From Raillietiella orientalis (Eukaryota): a stretch of 64,000 nt of DNA. Each line of letters opens with the position of its first letter. The first letter of the stretch is position 1. This document shows positions 12,901 through 27,900 of this stretch, one piece after another. Below the pieces are notes generated by a model. That model did no database searches, was not told the origin of the DNA, and was given only the letters and a program-made list of their open reading frames with translations. The DNA lies in assembly GCA_036172245.1 (NCBI GenBank), contig JAYWIR010000013.1, positions 682,001 to 746,000 on the forward strand. The letters are read 5' to 3'. The translations under genes were made by a program, and so were the position numbers.

Positions 12901-15900
12901 GGCGGCGGTGCGGAAATCCGCGGGTCGCCGCCGCGAGGTCAATGCGGGGATGAAGTGACGTGGCCCGCGGCACCACGACGACCCCTTCTCGGAGAAGCCT
13001 CTCCGGGTCGCGGCCCGCCGCCGTAGGGGCACGGCGGCGCGTTGTCGCGACGGAGTAGGATCTCAGAGTGCTCCTTCCCGCCCTGCCCTGAGCCCTGCCC
13101 CTAGCCTTCCCCTCCACTCAACAGGATTGACGTCCCTGCACTCAGCCTTTCTCTACCCCCCCCCCCCCTCTCCCAGAGCGTCCCGTCGCTGCTTCCCTCA
13201 AGTGGCGAGTTCGGGTGCTCCTGCCCAGCAGCTGGGAGCCCGGAGTCGCCTCTGCGGGTCACCCTCCTTTCTCCTTGCCTCGCACATTCGGAGCATGACG
13301 TTTGTTGGCACAGGACAGCTCGCGCCGCCGGGAGGGACTGGCACTCGGAGCACGGTCCTGGGAGGAGGGCGCCGCTTCCCTGAAGCTGCGCCGCCGCGGG
13401 ATTGCTTCCCGGAAGCTCTCGTGCCTACAGGAAGGCTTCCGAGGGAAGGTCCGCGGGTGTCCTGAGACCCGGTGTAGCCAGGGGGCAACTGACAAGCGCG
13501 CGCTCCCTCCTTCCCCCCCGTGGGAACGGACCGCAGCTACCAGGAGCGGGACGGAGATGGTGAGAGTGACGACCCCCTTCGCGGACGTAGGGGGCGCGAG
13601 GAAATCCCGTCTGTAGGCGTGCAGCCATCCCGGCCGGGAAGTCGATGCCTTCCCGGCTCCGGGATCGCCGGGATTCCCTTTCCCTTCTCCGCAAAACGCG
13701 CACGAGTCCTGCCGGAAGTGCGCGCCGGAAGGACGCGGAAACTCCGAGTTCCGATCCCTCCCGGGTCCGCGAGGGTCGAACTTTCTGGGACGCTTGGGAC
13801 CTTATTGTTCCCGGTTCCCCTGGTCGGATACGGCGGGCGCGTCTCCCCGGGATCCCACCGTCTCTAGGGAACGCTCGCGCGCACTCCCGAAGAGGCAAGC
13901 CGGGATAGCGTCGCTCCTGGAAGGCGGCGCCCGACCTCCTTTGTTCTGGGCGCGGGGAGCCCGCCAATGCGCGGGGTCCGCTCTCCCGGATCGATCGTCG
14001 CGTTCCCGACCCCACCCGCCGTGCTTGCACGCGCTGCTGCTTCCGATGCTTCCCGTTCCTTCCCTCCCCCGCACTGGGGCTACGTGCGCTCGGGGCCTCC
14101 CTCTGGGAAGACCCGCACGCTCACGGGCGCCCCGGAAGGGGGCTCGGGAAGGGAGAGAGTGGGCGGGTGGAAGGGGAAGGCACGCTCCTCCTGGACTCGT
14201 TCCTCCATCCCTGCGTCTCCCGCTTGCTTCCTCTCCCCTCCGTTCCCCTGACTGCTCGCTCCTCCCTCCCCCTTCTTCATCCTCCTCCTTCCCCAGCCAT
14301 GCAGACGTTCCGCCGCGCCTCGGGAACGTGAGCCTCGTTGCCGGGAACGGCGTACCCGGCCACGAGGCAGCTGTTTCCCAGGCAATGCTCCAGGACGGAG
14401 GAGGAACCCAGGGATACGCTGTAGCCGAGAGACGCCGCGGAGAGCTCCAGGATGCTCTGCGGACGAGCGTTCGCGGGGAAGGTGGGAGATGCGTTCTACT
14501 TCGCTTCTTCCCCACTCCCAGGCGACCCCGCAGGGAACCCTCCCGACCTCGCGGTTCGAGACTTGGGGCGCCCTGCGATCTCTTTGAGGGGGAGGGGGAG
14601 GATTGCTTTAGCTCTGCGGCCCTTCTTCTTGGTCCTGCTGAACCCCCTCCTGTTCCCCTGCCCTTAGCACGAGGAAGGAGAGCGAATGACGGCGCAGCCG
14701 CTCCGCGGGGCTTCCTCCCCGGCTCGCCCTTCAACCCCCTCACCTCCCGACGGCCACCCTCCTCCTCACACTTCGACCCTGGGGCACGGAGGAGGCAATC
14801 TGCTGCGTTTCTGAGCCGGGAGGGGGATCGGGGCAGCAGCCGAGAGCCGTTCCTCCCGCAAAGCTGAGAGGCACCGGCATCGACGAGAAAGGAGGGGGAA
14901 GGGGGAGGGGAAGAAGATGGGAATGCACGACTGGGGTAGTGTCCGGACGCAGATCCCGTGTCCCACCCGCACTGGACCGGTCGCGCGAGAGAGACGGGAG
15001 AGGAGGCGGGTCGCGTGGCAGCGAGATTAAAATCCCGGCAGGGCGGGGCGCAATCGGGAACGGCAGCATTCCAGGAGCGGCGGGAGGGAGCTCGCTGCGC
15101 GGCGGCGTGGCTGCGGCTGACTCCGGGAACGAGGGAGGAAGGGCCCCAGCAGCCCCGTGACGGTGCTGTGCGCCGCGCCCAGGACGCCGGAAAGGCGGCG
15201 TTCTGGGCGCTTCCCCGCACCTATCGGGACGAGGAGGAATCGGGCTGCAGGGCAAGGCAGGGGAAAACGCGACGATCCCTTGGAGGCGCGCACGAAGTCT
15301 GAGGGCCAAGGCGGCAGAGCTGGAGGAGGAAGGGCTGTGTGGAGGAGGCTCCACATTCGCCCGGTGGCTGATCGACCCTTCTGCCGGCTCTCGTAGATGG
15401 GCAGTCACGGGACAAATGAGGCGCAAAAGGTGCCGCTGCCAACGGAGGGTAGAGTGGCGGATGGGTGATCCCATATTCCGAGAGCGCAAAAAGGGAGGGT
15501 ACTTTTCCTGCGCCGGGGAGGATTCAGGAATGGCGTGCCCTGATCCGACGAACGCACGCGTCGTCCGCGCGCAGGAGAGGGAGGGAGGAGGTAGAAGGAA
15601 GACCTGCAGCCACCAGACGGCAGCGCAACCGACTGCCTTCCTGCACGCAGGGGGCAGGGAAGATGGCGGCGCCGTCACGGCAGGGAGAGGTAAAAAAATC
15701 TGCTCTCCAGGGAAGGAGGGAATCCACCTCGGAAACGAAAGGGCTGCCGAGGGCTGGGGGGGACCCCTCACAAGGAACGCGGCCGGATAGGAGACGCTGG
15801 ACCAGGCAGGGGCCACATTTGATGAGCCTCTGGGAGCTCGTTGCGACGACCAGGACTGCGCCACGATCTTCGTGAGCACCCAAGAAGACGACGCCATCAC

Positions 15901-18900
15901 CCGCCTTCTCGGTTCGCAGCCGCCGGAGAACGCGCGGGAGCGGTGGTGGCTTGCTCAGGCGGAAAAGGTCAACCCCCTGCCTCGCACCAGTGCGGGTCGT
16001 CTCCGTGGCAACGACCCTGGAGGCGGATCTCGCGTGCCCCAAGAGCCGCGTGCATCGGCAGCCCCGCATGGCGCCCCAACCTCCTGGGAACACACGCGCA
16101 AGGCTGCACGAACCTATGCACATTCCTCCCCTCTTTCTCCCTTCGCAGGCCTCACTCGGATGCCCTTCAGCTCGCTTGGGCACGGCCGAGAATCCCGGAT
16201 GGAGACCTAGAAACCCGACCTTCCGGAGCGCAGAGCCCGAGGGCGTGGCCGAAATACCTCGGGGGGCCTGGCCACGCGAGACTGCGGGATCCCGCCCTCC
16301 GGCCTACATCCTTCGCCTCGCTGAGCGCGCGCGCCGGTCGTTGAGAGTGTCCGCTCGAGGGCGCTGCCGACATCCGAACCGGAGGGGTCGGCGCTGAGGT
16401 CAAGGGATCTTGGGCGAGCCGCCAGCGCTGCCTTGTCTCCTGCGTGGCTCCGGGAAGGCTGCCGCCCACCCATCTCCTAGCTCCTCAAGACTTCCGCGAA
16501 TTCTCACGGGGCACAGTCGGGCGCCCCGCCTGGGACGCTACCGCCGCTGCGCGGTCCAGTTCTCCCCTGGTGCTTTGGGCGGCGGGTGGACGCGAAGGGG
16601 GCAGGCAGCTGCAGAAAGAGGAATGCAATCTCGGAAGTGTGGAAGGCGGTTTCTCCCTGGAAATCCCCCTACGACCTCTTTTCTAGCATTACTTCTGGAA
16701 TCGTGCAAGGGAGCAGGGGAGGCAAGGAGGACCCGTCCCTCAGCCGTCCCTCCTCCCGGAAGCTCTCAGCTCTTCCGTGGGTAAGACGGGTAAGACGAAA
16801 TCCTCAGTCTCCTGTCGGATGGATCTGCAGCCACCTGGTTCCGCCGCGCGCTTTTCTCTCTCATCCTCTTCCCCCCCTCCCGCCTCTCATCTCTCCACTG
16901 CTGAGAATCTGCCAGCACAGAACTCCATCCTTCCTTTTGTCTAGTCAGAGCAGATCCTGCACCCCAACGGGGTCCACGCTCTTTTTCACTCGCTCCCTCC
17001 TCCTCGGGAGGAGGGCGGAGCAGCAGCAGTGCCCGCGAGCTCGTTGACCGGGGGATCCTGACTTCGAGTGGAAAGAAACCGGAATGAGACCATCCCAGGG
17101 TCAGCGGGTCGCTACTTCCTCGCCTGCAGTGGGCTGCGCCTTCCTCTGCATGCAAGCCCGAGAAGGGCCGGAAGACGCACGGCGAGCACAGCCTATGACC
17201 CGATCACCGCCACACAGCATCTGAGACTTCTCAGCGCACCCTCCCTCGCGGCCTCCTCCTCGGAAGGGGCCTGGCCCTTCTCCCCCCCCTCCCCCAACGC
17301 TGCGGCGTCGCGCTCTTCTCCTCGCGCTCGTGATCCCCCTGCCGAGACCCCTTCCCCCACGAGCAATAACGTCCACCCCACCCCACTCCCCGCCTGCAAG
17401 CAAAACGGCGGTTGCTCTCGGCATCAACTGCTATCGGCTTCCCAAGGCCATCCATTCTCTCGAGAGTGGACGGTCGCAGCATCTCGTATTCTCGCTCTTC
17501 GGACCACTGACCATCCTCCCTCGGCCCCGGCCCCGTGATGGTCATCTTCCTGCTTCGCTATCAGCACTCGTACGCCCCGTCAGGAAGAAGAAGGAGAGGA
17601 GAGTAGCGGAGCGGGGGAGAAAAAGAGAGCATTCCGCTCTCGCATCCGCCCCCGTTGCTGCGGAATCAGCTGCCGGCGTCTCCCGCTCGGCAGCGACCCC
17701 CCGGGCATTCCTGGGACTGAGGGGAAAGGAATTTCTCCCTCATTTGGCTCTCGTGGACGCCCTCGGCGGCTGCGCCTGGAGAGGAACGCGCGATCAAGTT
17801 GCGACTGCCCCCTGGTGGGAGACTGCGATGGCTGCTTCGCCGTGGCAACCCCTCACAGTCGAGGAGCTGCTGCGCTCTCGGCGGGGCCGCCGGCGGCGGC
17901 TGCGAGTTTCCCCGGTGCCGCTGGGCTGGGGGTGCTCTCTGCAGTGGTATCCGCCGGGCCTCGGTCCGGAGTTTTCCGCGGCCGCCGGCCCTCCCCCCTT
18001 TCCTCTCCCGGGCGGCCGGCGCCCTGAGGGAACGACACGACGCTCGCGAGGAGCGAACTCCACCCTCGCATCTCCGAGGAACGGCCTTACAGCAGAGCCC
18101 CGTGGCCTTTCCTCCTCCTCCTCCTCCTCCTCCCCCCTTTTTTTTCCCTCTCGCGTGGGGTCTATCCGAGGCGACGGGGAATAAACAGATTTTACGCTTC
18201 CGACGGTGGCTGAGATCTGGAGCCGATAGCGCGGAGCACGCGGGACGGAAGAATTCCGCGAAAGAGATAGCGCGGATCGACATGATGCAGATGCGAGATA
18301 AAGGGAGGAGCGGCGGCGCGTCCGGAGCGAATCGGGGGAAGGGAGGAAAAGAGGGGGGAGAATCCTGCGGCAGATGGCTCGTGACGTCGCGAGAGACGGC
18401 GGAGGTTCACCAGGAGACCCGGTGAATCTCCTCAAGGGAGTGTTGCCAAGGAATACGGTCCTGGAAGAATGCCTAGACCGGAAGGATGCTCGCAGGAGAA
18501 GACACTGAGAAAGCAGAAAAGAGGGGAGCTTCCCGTTTTGTGCCTCAAATGCTGCAGCCGAAGGCATGGCGGAGGACGAGGAGATGAGATAGGACACGGA
18601 GTGGGAGGAATCCTGGATCAAGAAAGGGATAATGCCCTGTGGACAGAGGATGCGTCCTCTATTCAGGGACCGGTCTGGGTCCAGAGAGCGGGGATCGCTG
18701 GCTGAAGAGGAGGCAGCTAGATCGGGAGCACGGAGAAGAGGCAAGGCTCGGAGCTCGGAAGGAGCGGCTGGGAGAGGGGAAGAAGCTCAACCGGGATATG
18801 GGAAGCGAAGGGGTGCCATGGTCCTTCCGCCGTCTAGGAAAGAGCAGGAGGAGACTTAGACCTGCGCGAGAGAGCAGCGATCGCTCCATCACGTCACGCT

Positions 18901-21900
18901 GACCCGAATCACCTTGAGGAATAGTTGGTGTCCCGAAAAGAAGGTGTCTCGAGCTCGTCCTTATTCCAAGGAAGAAGGGCGGGATTTCCCTCTTCCTCCC
19001 TCCCTCTGATTGCGAATCACGCTCACCAGACTAGGAGCGTAACGCAGCAGCAGGGGGGGAGGCATCGCGCCAGCAAAACCTGCCAACGAGTCAGGGATCC
19101 CCTTGTCGTCTGGGTAGCTGGAGTGGACGTCCTCCTCCTCGCGACCCGGAGGCAAACCACGCTCGCGGGAACCCCAGGACGCCCACCTGATCCGCTGCGC
19201 TTCACGACGGGCTCCCACCGCTTCGTCTCCCACCGACTTGGAGGTCGATCCCACTGGGCCTTCCCCAGCATCCAGAAGAGTACCCACCCAAAGTTACTCC
19301 GAAAGAGGGAGTGCTCACACTACTGGTTCCCCCTTAGGAGCACCACTTCGACTTCCTCTTCCTCCTCCTCCCGACTACTCGTCCATGCCTCGGTCTCTTC
19401 CTCCCCTCACTGGGACATCAGAGCAGCCCTCCTGCCCGGAGCTCAGTAAGGGACTCCATGACCTTTCCAAAATGGCAGCTAGGCGGAGGGGGCTCCTCCA
19501 GCAGTCCCTGCGGAGTGGCGCGCGGCCGAGGTCCGAGGACGTTCCCATACTCATTTGAAAGGGTAGCAGTGCAGGGAGCAGAAGGGGGAGGGAGGTGAAG
19601 GAAGGAGGAAGATAGGAAGCGGAAGAAGTGGAATTTCGTTTCTTAGGCGGAGCAGATCGGGAGACCTGGAACAAGGAATCACTAAGAAAGGGAGCGAATC
19701 CCTCTGGCAGCCCGACCTCTCTCGTCCTTCGGACAGAAATCTGGAGGGAGGTAGATGTGGAGATGAGCGCCACCGTCCAGATCCCAGTTTGACTTAGGAT
19801 ACGGGAAGACCACACCGGTCGTCGTAATCTCCTCTTCTTCCCTTATTTCTTCTCCTCCTTCCTTCCTTCCTTCCTTCTTCCCTCCTACTCCTCCTTCTTT
19901 CCTTCTTTCTCCTTTTCCTGTTCCGGAGCCAGAAGTGCGCGCTCAGGCTTGCCAGGTACGCTCCGGATCCGGGAGAGGAAAGGCGGTGTTCCGGAGAGGT
20001 TATGGGGGATGATTCCGGGATCACTGCACACCTCCTAGAGACGCCCCCACGAAGGATGGGTCGAGATCGCTTTGGAGAAGTTGGGGGAGAGGAAGGGGAA
20101 GGGATGAGGGGGTGGCCCGCATCCCGAACAAACCCTTCCCTGTGGGAAGACGACCAAGCCGATCTCAGGGGCGTCCATGCGAATTCCGACGCGGCGCTCT
20201 CCAGCGGCCGCGCCGACCTTGGAAGGACTGGCAGCGGCAGCGGAAGGGGCTGCGCAGCCCGCGTGCCCCCGAGCATCGCGACGGGTGTCCCGGAAGAGAC
20301 TCGCAAGAGGGGCGCTTCCCCGTAGGGAAGGCAGGGAGGAGGGACGGGTGAGCTGGCCGAGGCTCGCAGCTGCCGGGGCTGCAGCGGGCGCTGCTCGCCC
20401 CGCCCAGCCTCCCCCCACCTTCGCCCGCGGCGGCCAAAGGAGGGAGCACGAAAAATTCCGAAGTGACCCAGTCCCTCCCCCTATCTCCTTCCCCTCATCG
20501 TGTCCGGGCCTGCCGGGTCAGGGAAGGAGGTTGGAAGAAGGCAGCGACTGGAAGAACCCCTGCGGTGGCTGTGCAGCGGTAGCAGCAGAGCAGCGCTCGC
20601 TGCTGCAGCGGCTCTCTCGGTGACCCCTGCCACCCGAGACCTGCGCCCGTGGGAAGCAACACAGCTCCGGATCCTGCTTCTCCCCTCCATTGACCGCCCC
20701 GACCCACTCCGGAAACGAGGAAGAGGGGAAGCTACTTCCTTCGGGGGTCCACTCCGTTTGGAGGAGGACGCGCGATGGTCACTTCGAGAATGTGATCATC
20801 TCTCCATCACTTTCTCTTCCTTCCCCCGAGTGGACCCAGAGACACAAGCACAGAGGGAGAGAGGTAGGAAGAGGGGGAAGGAGCGAGGGGACGTGCTCTC
20901 ACTCCGTGCTGCCGTCTCTGAGGGCAACTCACGCAGTTCTGAAAGGTGGTCTCCCCGCTCGTGGAGCCACTGCCAGGAAGCTGACCCACGGACGGCGAGG
21001 GAGGAGGAAGCGTCACCCTATCGCGACGTCCGTGGCAAGGAGCGGATGAAGGTGTTTCGAAGACGAGTCCCCTGCCGGACCTCATCCGCCGACCCAGGAT
21101 TGTCGTAGTGTTCGTCTGTCACAGGGCGACTGCCTCGCGGGCAGGAGGAGAATGCTGTCCGGGGGGAGAGGAGGAGGGAGGGAGGCGAACCGACTCGGAC
21201 GAGGGTGATCGTCTCCCCTCCCCTTGCGATATACTCACTCCCCACCCCCATTCTCACCCATTTTGCAGGTCCTCGCACCGCAGGCTCTGCGCTCGGATTC
21301 GAGGACCCCGGGGTCTTCTCGTCCGATACGCGAAGATCCGCGACGAATGACTCGGTTCCCTCCCCCCAACTTCCCTCCAGGGCATGGGAAACACATCGAA
21401 TCTCGTCTCAGCCTTCTGAAAGGATAGCTGCGGAGTGCCCCCCTCCTCGGGGCAGCCGATACCAGGAAACCTTTCCCTTCACCTTCCTGTCTTCCCGCTT
21501 CCTCGAGCGAGGATAGCCGTCTCCTCCTTCGCCATTCTCGTTGCCCCCGGGTGTTCTTATGAACGGCGCCGATTTTCCTAGGATTCATTGCCATCGCCTT
21601 CTCCTGCAACCTACGGATGGGATGTGGAGAAGAATCCCCAAGAGAAGCAGTCGAGTTGACGAAGGAGGGCGGGAATGTTACGCAGAGACTCAACAGAGGC
21701 CAGTCGCTCTGAAGCTCAAGGGGCTGCGGCTGACGTGACCTTGGGTGGAGGAGGCGGGCGGGGCGGAGGGGGAGAACCTCCACGATCTAGCATGAGGGGA
21801 GGGTAGAAGACGCCCAGAGCAAGAGGCAAGAGCCCCTCCATGGCAAGCCCTGACTGAGGGCGATGCTCTCCTCCCCACCTGGAGGGTGAAGCATTCGTGT

Positions 21901-24900
21901 CCACGTCTGCCACGTGGACGCGAGGCCGCGTTTCCTTGCTGGTCAGTGCGCAGCAGCCTCCTTTCCGTCGCCGTCGTCTGCCCTTCGCCACCCCTCCACG
22001 TCTGCGGGTTTGCCGCCCTCGAGAGGGAGGTCAGAGCAGGAGGTTCCTCCTCTTTCGACTACCCTCGGTGGTATCTTCAGGAGCTCCGAGCATCCGCTGG
22101 AGGGGCAGCGTCCACCGGAACTCCTGGCTTCCCTCGCTCTGCCCTCCACCCCCTGACTTCCGTGCCCGGTGCGTCGGCACCCAGAGCCATCCTTGAACCC
22201 GCCTTCGGCTGTGCTCGTCCTCTTCCTTGGACCGCCTCCGTAGTCGCCGTGGAGACGGCGGAGCCCGCTCCTTTCCGTCCCACGAGATGAAGTCTGCGGG
22301 CGGCTCTGGACTGGTCGAGCTGCGGAGCAAGGGCCGTTTCATGGGCCGCCCCTGGGCAAAAAGAGTGCGTGCACCCAACTCGCACCTCCCAGAATGACGG
22401 GAGACGGGGAGAAGAGGGAAGGCAAAGCGGTTCAAGATGGCGGCGGCGATGATCCCATTCGTTCCCTTTCCCTTCAAAAGTTCCACAGACGCGCCACAGC
22501 CTCTGCACTCCGCTCGTGCTGACTCCCCGGCTGGGGCATGCGCGCTAGGGAGAGTGGAGAGGGACCCAGGCACGTCTCCTCCGGGAGACGGCTGCTGCCT
22601 GCCGGGCCACCGCTCCGGAGGAGAGCGTGGGCACGGGCGCGTGGGGTGGTAGCAGTCCGCCTTCTTTGCAAGAGACCAGACTTACGATGGGTGTTCGCCG
22701 AGAAACGGCAGTTCCGCTTCCTTCCTTCCGCCTTCCCTCTCCTCTCTTCCCTTTCGGAAAGGGTCGGGAGCCGCCTCCTACCTTGGAAGGGAGGAAGCGC
22801 TTTGCGAGGCTACTCTGGAACAGCCTATGCGGATCGGCAGAGGAGACGCTTCGGGGGCTGGCCACCGCCAGCAGCAGCGCCTCTGTCCCACCCTCCCGAC
22901 CGCCCTGACCGCCGCAGCGGGAGGGACTGCCCCAAAAGAGGAGGAAAAGAAGGAGGTCAAATCCGCGCTCTTCTCCGTCCGCAGGTGCGAAGCCGCGCTG
23001 TCGCTCACTATGCCCCCGGGGGGCGGCCCGCATCACTCGTTCGTCGTCGTCCCCGGCCGCCTTCCTCTGCTGGCATCCCCGCTGCTCCCCTTGGGCGGAG
23101 GATAAGCACGTCCTTGCCTCAGCAAAGAGGGGAGCCTTTGCTCCCCTTCCCTCCCAGAAGAACTCCGCATCGGGTGGGAGGCCGAAATCTCCTCGCTCCA
23201 CCTCTCTCCTAGCCCGGGAGCTGCTGCTGCATTGGCAGCTGCCTCAAGGGTGGCGGTGCCACACGCCGTTGTCACGCACCCCACCCACCTAGCCTCGTCC
23301 TCCGCTCATCTCCTCAGGGGGTCTCGTGAGACCCTCTCCTGACGCTCCCTACAGACCATGGGGATGCCGCAGCGCATCCTTCCGCCTCTTCCTCCTCCCC
23401 CCTCCTCTCACACTTCCGGTCCCGTTTTCAAGTGCGCAACTCGGAGGGTCCTCCTCGGGAATGCTCCGAGAGCAAGGGATAGACTGCGTGGGGGGTCAAG
23501 TTGCTGCGCAGCTCAAAGATCACCAAGGTCTCTCCTTCCCAGGGGGGGAGGGGAAAGCGGGAATGGTAGGTCGCGTTTTCTCCGCCTACAAGGCGAGGGA
23601 AGCAAGAGAAAATCAGGAAGACATCCGGCGCGCACGCTCCCTCCCCATTCAAGGAAAACGCGGGGCAGGGGTTCGCCCCGATTCCACCGCTCGCATCCAC
23701 CCTCCGGGAGCAGAGCACAATGAGGACCGGAACTCGTTGCCACGGCCGCCGCCATTGTCTTCCGCCGCGCGGCTCCCGTTTCCTGGGCTCGGGGAGGCGG
23801 ACGCTTCCCGGTGCTTTGTTAGGCCTTTTTTTTCGGGTTTCCGCGGTGGACCCTCCGGGCTTCGCCCAGCCGCGGCGCGGGCGAGCGCCGCCGCCGGATG
23901 GACCCATCAGAGCGGGTGAAGGCCACCTGCCGGGTCCACCTGCCAACGGTGCTCCCGCCGTCGTTCATCCGTCCAGAAGAGGCCCGGGCAACCTCAGCCG
24001 TCCCCCTCCTCCGACCGCATCTCAGGGGCCCAGACGCGCGCGCGCTCCTGCAACCGAGCCTGGGCCGCCGCGTCCCGAATCCTCCCCGATCGAAGACTCC
24101 GAACTCTCCATGACCTTGAGAGGGAGTTCCCGGATGCGCTCCGGGAAAGACCCGGTCCTTTCAGGTCTGAGGCGCTCCGACTGGCTCTCAGGAGAGTCCC
24201 TGGGGAGTCCCGAAAGAACCTTCCACTACCGGATCATCATCCTCTTGCTTTCCTGTGAAACGGGAGCGTTCGGGAACAGTTCCTCTCTCTCCCCGGAGCA
24301 GGGAGCGACGGGAATTTGTCTTCGGCGACAGGGCGATGCGGCGGAGCCGCTGCCAGCTGCCCTCCCTCTGTTCTCTCGCACTCCCCCTCTTCCTTCCCCG
24401 CGCCGAGCGCTTTCCACTCGCTACTGCTGCTGCTGCTGCTGCTCCTCCTCCTCTTCCTCGCTGCCGCTCGTTCCCGCGCCTCCCGCCCGAAGGCATTTCA
24501 GCTTCCTCTCCCGCCGCGGAGCCACTTCCCGTGGCACTCCGCGAGCCGGGTCTTTCGGCGCCACTTCGCTCCCCGCGACTCCATTTTGTCCGTCTCCTGC
24601 TTGCAGCTGGAGAGCGGAATGCAAAGAAGGGGGAAGGATGGAGGAGGATCTTCCCCGTTCCCGAACGGGAAGAGCACCCCTGAGAGAAGCAGTAAAGAAG
24701 GAAGCGGAGGAAGAGAATTTTCTGTTCCTCCTCAACGCTCACACCTCCTCCCGGGTGCAGAAAGGGGGGTGGGCTCGGGGCGACAGTAGCCGCTGGCCTG
24801 CAGGATGCGGCTCAGGCGCTATCCCTCCTGGTTGCTCCTGCGCCGCCGCCGAGATTTGTCCGTCCCTTTCATGGATCCGAATGGCTCCCTTGGCGTCCTC

Positions 24901-27900
24901 CCAGGCGGACAGTGGCCTCTTTTGTCCTGTCTGTTGCTCCAGAGCTCTCCCTTGGCGCGATGCCCTCCACCGCTGGAAGAAAGCGGACGCTGCCGTTCCT
25001 GCGCCCACAGGTGGAAGGGGAGAGCTTCCACACTTTGTGTGGGCTCATGGGCAGCGCATCCTCGTCCCTGCGGCCACGATGAGGAAGAACTGGAGAGGGA
25101 GGATTCTTTGCCAGAGTCCTTGTGCCCTCCCCCGCTCGCTGCCGCAGACACTCCCAGCTGAACCCTCGAGTGTCTGTGAAGGTTTCCTGGACATCAGACG
25201 GTCCTCTTGGTCCGGCAGGCTGGGGATTGGCCGGAGTTCAGACGTGCATCTGCGGCTGCGACTCCCTTGCCCACCCAACCCACCCCACCCCACCCCCTTT
25301 TTCTCTCGGCGGCGTCCTGCTTTCTACGTCCCGGAGGTGGCAGGTTCCCAGGGTGGACGCTCCGGACCTTGGTCATCGAGCACGCTAGATCTCCTGCTGG
25401 ACCAGAACGACACTGCATCTGCAACCCTGCCCATGCGGCAGCAACCAGATTAACTACTTTCCGGTTGTCACATGCGCGGCATCCCTTTCCAGGAGGTCGG
25501 AGTGTGGCGGCGCCCCAGGACACCTGTCACCCTCAGCCTTCGTCCAGACTGTCCGGACACCCTCTCCTTCTTCTCTCCCCTCATTGTGAAGTTTGACAAG
25601 AATGTGGGAATTTTATTTTCATTTTGCATCCTCCGGGATCTTCCCTGCCCTGGTGGGGTGGCCGGACTGCTGCTGCCTCCGGAAAGAGAGCCTCGCTTCG
25701 TGGGTGTTTCTCTACCTCCTCATCTTGACCGGGAGACGGCGAGGGCGAGGGAAGCCCTGGAGTCCCTCTGGGCGCACTCTCTGACCTCTTCCTGCTGCGG
25801 TCCTTCCACGGAATCACCCGTGTCCATTCGGGTCGGCTCTTGTCTCCCAAGAATCTCCCAATGCCCTCATCATCTTCGGTCGGGGATGCCCGGACGGAAG
25901 GAGCCCTGCAGGTGGGTTCCCGCAGGCGGCAGCCCGACCTCCGCGGAGGAGGAGGAGGGCTGGGCTGGCGGGAGGGCGCGGCGGAACAGGGTCCACAGCA
26001 GCGGGAGCGCAGCCTTCTTGTCTCTTGGGGGGAAGGAATCTTGAGACGATTTGACGCTCCCCCCCTTCCTTCCTCAATAGGTGGGTGGTGTGGGGGAGGA
26101 TCCACCGTGGATTCTTCCCAGTGGACTCCGCGAGCCGGGATCACTCAGCGCCCACCCCACCCGTTCCTTTTTCTCCTCGCGGCGGACCCGTGAGAACGAG
26201 GGTTTGCGGGTGATCTGCCGCCCTAGGAACCCTTTTTCACCCCCATCTCCTTCCTCACGCACTCCCACTCCGCTTGACCGGGGGATGAAGGGGAAGCCGG
26301 GACGAAGGAGTGCGCTCCCGCTTCGCCCTTCATGCGATCAGCCTGGGTTTGGAAAGTTCCCGCCAGGAGGACGGATGCAGCGCCCGCCGTCCCCGTCGCC
26401 CGCCCTCTGCTCGCGTCGGCATCGGCGGCGCGGAAAGCAGGAGGGGAGGAGAAATGGGAGCGCTGCCTCCCTGCCTAACCTCGAACCTGCCTTCCGGCCA
26501 TCTCTCCGGGACCAGCGGGAAGGGAAGGCACCAGGGAGGGATGGTGCTGCTGCTCGTCCCCCTCCCTCCACCACTACCCACCTAGAAAGTCTGCCGAGCC
26601 CCAGAGGCAACCTCGATTGCTTTCCCTCCCCAAGGAAAGACCGGCCGGGAAGGGAGAGCCCATTCCGCGTTCCCCAAGGGTGCCTTTCCAAGCGTAGTTT
26701 CCGGTTCCTCGCTCTTCCGGGAGGCGGCGTCCCCTCTCCCCTCCCTCCCACACACACACCGACCCTTCTCCTGCGTTCGCGGGGCTCAGGGGCTGAAATG
26801 CAAGAAGAAGGTGACTCCGCTGCCACCATCCGTCGGAGAGCTCCGGAATTTCGCTTGCGTCTCGGCCGCAGCGACCGCGTCCCTACGGAACGGGAAATTC
26901 CGACGGGCCGCTGCCCCGCTGGCTGCCGGCCGCGCGCACGAGGCGTTCCCGCCGCTCCCCCCATCGTGACGTCCGGAGAAAGCCGGTCCCCGCGCTCGAG
27001 CAACCCCATTCCGGCGCGAAAGACAAATGGGGGGACCATCGCGTGAAAGCAATAATTAGGTGGAGATTGGGAACGTCCCCCGGACGTCAGCTCTCCCGGA
27101 CCGAGCGGCGGCAGCGCCCGCCTCGGTGAAAGTGTGCGTTCCCCCCGCTGGAGCGCCCTAGCACGTCGTCGTCGTCGTCGCGGAGCCGGAAGGACGGCAG
27201 TTCCCGGAGGTGAGACTTCCCGGTGGCTACCGCTGGCCAGCGGGAAACGCGCGATGAACTGGGGGCGGTCTTGGGGGAGAAGGGGAGGCAGTTCGAACTC
27301 CACCCTACCCCCGCCGCCTCCGGCAGCAGCGCGGGCGACGCGGCCTCTGAGCGGTGGTGGTCGTGGTCGGGGCGCGCGCGAGAGAGGGGCGTCCTCGCCA
27401 CCGGCTAACAGGAGGGAGGCGGCGCCCGCCTTCCTGTTGTGAGGAGTGGGGTTCGAAACCTGCCTGCGGGCAGCGTAGAAGCAGGGGGGGGAAGGAGAAT
27501 GAGGGGGGAATCCTGCACGTGCCCCTCGGAGCAATTGAGAGGGACCAAGGATGGCATTTGGCCCAATTTCGAATCGCCTCCCTCTCCCCCTTCCGCGCCT
27601 TCCTTCTCCTCCTTCCGAAAGGCAATGGGCACCGTCCCGGAGGGAGGTATTCATGGAGACCCGTGGCGAAGTGATCCTGGCAAAAAGCTGACTCCCTGTA
27701 TTCGTCTTTTCACTCGCCCGTTTCCCGTCCGGGAACGGTTGCTTCCCTCCGGGATCCTCTCCCGATTCCTCCGGTGGAGAACGGCCGCGGACGCCGGCGC
27801 CGCCCTATCTGCAGGAACCGTCCGGAGGAAACAATCAAGCCGCCGTCCACGGCGGCTTCCAGTCCGTTGCCATGCGAAGCGCCTGTGAGATCCTGCGCAT

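Noticed and set aside
23720..25453. 577-aa ATG-initiated ORF, the longest in the window
   Set aside because: No recognisable domain, includes microsatellite-derived CCCCCC/SSSSSS, composition same as neighbouring spurious ORFs; would need RNA or homology evidence.
27449..27460. Isolated B-box-like GGTTCGAAACC
   Set aside because: No A-box or cloverleaf around it; not a tRNA gene.
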